Under the pieces are notes generated by a model. That model was not told the DNA's origin. It worked only from the letters and a program-made list of their open reading frames with translations, and did no database searches. DNA of 63,987 nt, the filler included, from Polymyxa betae A26-41 (lineage: Eukaryota; Protista; Endomyxa: Phytomyxea), in the NCBI GenBank assembly GCA_003693705.1. It is 5 parts of 5 records of this genome, joined end to end, with 100 filler letters (N's around TTAATTAATTAA, not from the genome) between each part and the next. Parts side by side here need not be neighbours in the genome. Positions count along the whole stretch, not along the records: positions 58,284 to 63,987 come from RBZT01000557.1; 4 more parts are not named here. One strand, 5' to 3'. The stretch's first letter is position 1. Each line of letters begins with the position of its first letter. Shown here in pieces: positions 61,732 to 63,987 of the stretch. Both the position numbers and the translations under genes were made by a program.

Positions 61732-62666
61732 ATGGCGTCGCCATGTCACCGCCCGTTCTCAACAGCACTTTTCCAGCAGCATCTGACAACCACCAGCGTC
61801 GGGCGCCCCGTCCACCACTTCGACCAGACGACCTCGACAATGAACGAGGCTCGCACCATGCTGCAGACCGCCGCCCATGGAACAATGGTCTTTATCGCTT
61901 TCACCTTTGGTTTCGTATTCCCAAATTTTAGCTGTTTAGATCATTGCTGATTATCAATCGAACGGCGTTGGGAGAGGCGATGGGCGTGTCTGGTCCAGTC
62001 CAGCTTACGAGAACATCTATGTGACGTTCATTCTGCATCCGAATTCATTCACCGATGCGGTTCGAATCAATTTAGGCGTCGGCGTCGCTGTGACGAACGC
62101 GATCCGAGCATTTGGCGTAGCCAATGCTGGCGTCAAATGGCCGAACGACGTCTGGGCGGACTGGAAGAAGCTGGCCGGCGTTTTGGCGAACACCGAAGTG
62201 ACGTCGGAGAAGCTCGTGATGATGGTCGGAATTGGCATCAATGTTAACGAGACGATGTCGTCGAATCCGAATCCGGACGTTGCCCGCTCTGCTAATAGCA
62301 TTCGAAGCATCGTCGGAAGCGACGTCGAGCGCGAAGTAAGAAGCTTTTAGCTTTCATTTCCGGCGTCTGACATTTTGCTGAAAGATGCTGCTGGCGAAGC
62401 TTTGTGCCGAAATTGAAAAAATGTTATCGGAGAGTAACGAACAGATGCTTGAACAGTTCAAGAAGCTGCACATTCTCGATGGGCAGAAAATCGTCGTCAT
62501 GCCGAGGAAACTCGAACATCGCGACGATCATTACGAAGCGGTTTGCGTCGGCGTCGCCCCGACCGGAGAGCTTCGTGTTCGTGTCAATGGCGTTGAGAGG
62601 CTTCTGTCGTCCGAGGAGGTCAGCATTCGCCCTCGTGTCGATGCTTGCCTTTCAGGACAAAAATAA
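61732..62666 (+). CDS. Biotin protein ligase (BirA/BPL family, no HTH); exons 61732-61887, 61940-62335, 62385-62666
   Basis: STM, ADYQSNGVGRGDGRVWSSP, KWPNDV, KKLAGVL, GIGINVN, C-terminal G.L.V domain; two phase-0 GT-AG introns (52 and 49 bp). Confidence 0.93.
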
Positions 62667-62931
62667 GCGATGCTCATGAGCTCAAGTGAGACCTCAATTT
62701 TTATCCATATCTCAAGGTCTCAAGGTATAGTTTTCAATTGGGCATTTTTTTTAGTAAATTCTGATTATTTTTTCTAGTTTCGTTATACAGTCGATTTACC
62801 CAGTAAAATGTCAAGACAGCAATATTTGTAATCTATTAGGTCGTGTAGTTTAATTACGATTTCGTCAAAGAGAGAGCTTCTTGTATTTATTGGCCTTAAA
62901 TTGGATCAAAGCGTGAATTTGCTATTTTGAT

Positions 62932-63830
62932 TCAAAATGCAGGATGCGGCTCTCGCTGTCGGTTTTGATCACGAACGCCATGAACGCCAGCGGGAGCAGG
63001 ACACTGTACAGGCAGACGGCAGAAGCATGGGCCAAGCCGACCTCGTCCAAATACAGACGCAGCCATCGATCCATGTATTCGCGTCGCAACTGGACATGGC
63101 ATCAACGAAGGCAAAACCCTAAACCCTGGCATCTTCCTCCACCTGTATCGGTACTCTGATCCCGATGAAACAGCAGAGATCGAAGAAGATCGGGCGGACA
63201 CACGACGCCTGCCGATCGACCAGGCGGAACCGGCCGTCATCGACCACGATAATGTTGCCGCAGTGCAGATCGCCATGGGCCAGCACGGTCGGGAACCTGT
63301 GCAAGACCTGGATTTAGATCTCGGGTAGTTGCCAGCAGCTTTCGTCAGCAAGACTAGCAACGCAGGGGGCGACGTCTTTCACCGATATGTAGCCGAACTG
63401 CGATGGGATCGGGCCAGCTTGACGATGAACGCGTCGATCTGTTGAACGGAGTTGATACCGTTGCAAATGGACGGCGTCGTTCCATGGATGAACTCCATCA
63501 GCAGCAGATACTGGCCCGTCCCGTGCACGCCGCTGTTGATAAGTTCCGGGCAGAGACGACCGCGGCGATCTCATTCATATGATGAAGATGAAAGGTCTCA
63601 GCGAAGCCGCCAGGTGACGATTTGCAGATGGGATGGCGTATCCTGGACCCGGGGGACGCCTTCGCTCTATGAACTATATCTGCAGAGCCTTGCGGATCGT
63701 CGACATCTCTCCGTCGCCCAAAGGCTCCCTGACCGGCGATTGCATCTGCGCGTTTCAGGATCATAGACAGCGAATGAGAAATGATTTCGTCTATACGCAG
63801 GACGGGTGGTGCCAGCCAAGGCGGCAACAG
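62932..63830 (-). pseudogene. APH/choline-kinase-like phosphotransferase, frameshifted
   Basis: YLLLMEFIHG, TVLAHGDLHCGNI, RLVD, FFDL spread over several frames with stops. Confidence 0.75.
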
Positions 63831-63987
63831 ACCCGCGCTCGTTGCCAGTCGTGTAATACATTTCTGGCGACGTTGTTGAAATCAGGTTCGTCGCCTCTAA
63901 CGATTGATCACAATCGAAGTCTCAAACAGCCATGGAAAGCGGCGAGCCCTGGAGCCGAGCAAGTTTGTCGAGGAAATCGAAACCGTT

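Noticed and set aside
1-63987. Fanzor/TnpB, Cas, Polinton or viral capsid genes, rRNA/tRNA genes
   Set aside because: No recognisable RuvC, polB, capsid or RNA-gene signatures by eye; a profile search would be needed to exclude remnants.

Overview
Microbial-eukaryote genomic scaffold (introns of about 49-53 bp; taxon cannot be fixed from sequence alone, a plasmodiophorid/oomycete/basal-fungus-like parasite is a guess). About 58 kb is a dense nest of mostly decayed transposable elements, and many insertions can be ordered by their target-site duplications (TSDs). Present: a DIRS/Ngaro-type retroelement, several Ty1/copia and chromodomain Ty3/gypsy LTR elements, solo LTRs, a TRIM, a LINE, hAT, pogo, Mutator (FLYWCH) and several PIF/Harbinger elements, and an intron-containing tyrosine-recombinase (Crypton-like) gene. 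The last 5 kb holds cellular genes: a signal-peptide GNAT-like ORF with an internal stop, an intact-looking 3-exon biotin protein ligase and a frameshifted APH-like kinase. Four 100-nt N-TTAATTAATTAA-N blocks are artificial contig linkers. The most unusual observations are (1) an apparent cross-superfamily hybrid LTR element (copia half-tRNAiMet PBS + gypsy/sushi-type Gag-protease + copia integrase, 47688-49460); (2) the Crypton-like recombinase unit bounded by 21-bp perfect direct repeats; (3) non-tRNA priming regions: covarying 14-bp palindromes at the LTR/PBS junction of one gypsy clade, and Tf1-like self-priming complementarity in a TRIM and a gypsy element.
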